A DNA stretch of 64,000 nucleotides, taken from Sphyrna mokarran. Taxonomy: Eukaryota. The notes beneath the pieces were generated by a model. The model did no database searches, was not told where the DNA came from, and was given only the letters and a program-made list of their open reading frames with translations. Every line of letters begins with the position of its first letter. Position 1 is the first letter of the stretch. Made by a program: the position numbers and the translations under genes. The stretch spans positions 83,948,001 through 84,012,000 of the forward strand of contig JAGIQG010000002.1 of NCBI GenBank assembly GCA_024679065.1. The letters run 5' to 3'. This document shows positions 62,124 to 64,000 of the stretch, in pieces.

Positions 62124-63058
62124 AGGAGTGATTCTCTCAAAGAAGTTCTAAGTACTCAATGTGTGGGAAAACTGATGTAAATCATGATTGTTCTTTCAGT
62201 GAGAGTTCACACTGGAATCTCTCACACTCTGGGCAATGCACAGTAGCACTTTGCTGCCACCTCGATTGCTGGCCAGCCTGGGGCCTCCACAGGGCAGTCC
62301 CCTGCAACCCCCCCCCCTCCCCCGCAGCTCCCCCCACAACCAGATTGCAGCCTCTACCATCATTCCTGGGCCAGCCCCAACTGTCCTCATTCAGGAGCAC
62401 TCAAATCTTCAGCGCCTCCCCCCAGCAGTGACGATCCCTCCAGCCCCCTGCTCAGCAGACCACCCCAAGCCAGTCCCGATTGCTGACCTCCTTCCTGCCA
62501 TGATAGGATCCAATGCAGAGTAGCAGCAGAAGCCCCCACCCGAACAGGTCACTCCTCTACACTGCCCCCCAGCAGGCTCTGTCACCTAGGCCCTGCTCTC
62601 AGCTGGCCCTTCTCCCTTGGCACTACCCTATACCAGATGAGCAGTGCCAAGATGTCCCTTGGGCATGGGCACTTTGCCCATTGGGCAGTGTCTGGGGACA
62701 CAAGCTGGCATTGCCATGGTGCCCATGCCCAAGGGCATCACTCCCCACCACCCAACCTCCTGCTGGCCCTGATTTCCCTCTTCACTCTAGCAGGGTCTCT
62801 TGCTAGTTACTGTAAACCACACCGAGTGAAATCACACTGGCGGTGTGAGAGATCACATTTAAATTACAATCAAACAAAGTTAAAATAATTTACATGCTGT
62901 TCCTATCAGTTTCCAGTGTGGTCTTGACCATGTTGGATATCTGTTGCTGGGAAGTGCACATGCGTCCGGAACGCATACGCGATTCCTGTGATTTGGCACG
63001 ATTCTCCCTGCCCAACCCGCCAAAGAATTAGCGGATTGGGATGGGAGAATCGTGGCCA
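62124..63058. mobile_element. GC-rich non-autonomous DNA-transposon-like element (PIF/Harbinger-like termini)
   Basis: Termini ggagtgattctctc ... gggagaatcgtggcc are imperfect inverted repeats; internal hairpins; no transposase ORF. Confidence 0.6.
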
Positions 63059-63059
63059 A

Positions 63060-63615
63060 AATATCTGCTAAAACTTCTGCTAGTTTCTTATTTCCCATTA
63101 TTAATTCCCCAGAATCACTCAACAGAGATTTTAGTTACTCTTTTCTTTTCCAAATACTTCTTGTTCTGCAAATATAATAGAACCTCTTACAATATATTAC
63201 ATTTCTAGCCAAATTTTCCCTCATATTCTAATTTCTCCCTTTATTAGTCATGCTTTGCTGGTTTTTAATTCTGTCTGATCTTTTTACCTACAACTAATCT
63301 TCACAGAGTTGTATGGTTTTCTTTCAATGTCGTATAACTTGAACTTTCTTGATTAGCCACTAATTGTGTATTTGTCTCCCAGAGTCTTTACTTCACATTG
63401 GAATGTATCTTTGCTGAAGATTATGAAATAATTCCTTAAATGTCTGCCATTGTGTTTATCCTGCCCTACACCTGAACCAAATTTCCCAGCTCTCTTTAGC
63501 CAGTGCCATATCCTTGTAATTGCCTTTATTTATGTTTAAAACACTAGTCTTGTGCTCCCTCGAACTGAAAGTGAAATTCAATCCTATTAGACCATTAATT
63601 TGAATTTTATGTCTT
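63060..63615 (-). mobile_element. Degenerate CR1 LINE central fragment
   Basis: Minus-strand peptides SGELIMGNKKLAEVL and LNINKGNYKDMA..LAK.SWE match CR1 ORF2 inter-domain motifs. Confidence 0.7.
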
Positions 63616-64000
63616 CCCACTGGTGGACTTTTAGATGTGGTGGAAAGGGGAGCATGAAATTGCAGGGTCTGGATTCTCTCCAGGTTCCCGCCTTCTCCAA
63701 CCACAAAGCAATTGATAGCCACTTTAGGGCTGTTTACTGCACAGTCTCGGTTTTTAGGCTAACAGGAATATTAAAACTCCATGGGGAAAGGATGGAACAA
63801 ATCAAAATTAGATCTTGATAGGAAGGGGAAGGGAGTCACTGGCATTAGAAACCCCCTTTTGACTGGGGGCCTGGTGACTCCAGACCCCTCTCCCACCCCA
63901 GCATTTTCTCTGAAACCCTGACGATACCTCTCACAACTCTCCAGGATTTCCCCATCCTCCTTCTGGGATTCTTTACACTTACCTTGTCCTCTGACTCCAA

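Overview
Vertebrate, almost certainly cartilaginous-fish (shark) genomic DNA, judged from its HE1-type/V-core tRNA SINEs, SacSINE1/Deu-type SINEs and CR1/HER1 LINEs. The only host protein-coding gene is Sp8 (Sp/buttonhead C2H2 zinc-finger transcription factor) on the minus strand: coding exon 14323-14303 (MATSLLG) spliced to 13610-12183, giving 482 aa. Sp8 sits in a ~19 kb CpG-retaining, nearly transposon-free domain (~5000-23950). That domain holds several enhancer-like blocks, a ~25-copy minisatellite just upstream of the promoter and a 156-nt assembly gap. The rest is gene desert with decayed SINEs, LINEs and MITEs plus more candidate conserved non-coding elements. Best second-look items: (1) a 37-nt frame-shifting cassette exon and a possible 9-nt microexon in the Sp8 intron; (2) Penelope-like elements with minimal hammerhead-ribozyme cores, including a 90-bp-arm near-perfect palindrome with an 11-bp target-site duplication; (3) a young CR1 LINE nested in a SINE; (4) a duplicated 3'UTR element. 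I found no convincing wholly new gene system. Repeat boundaries are by eye and approximate, and family names rest on recalled consensus sequences, not database searches.
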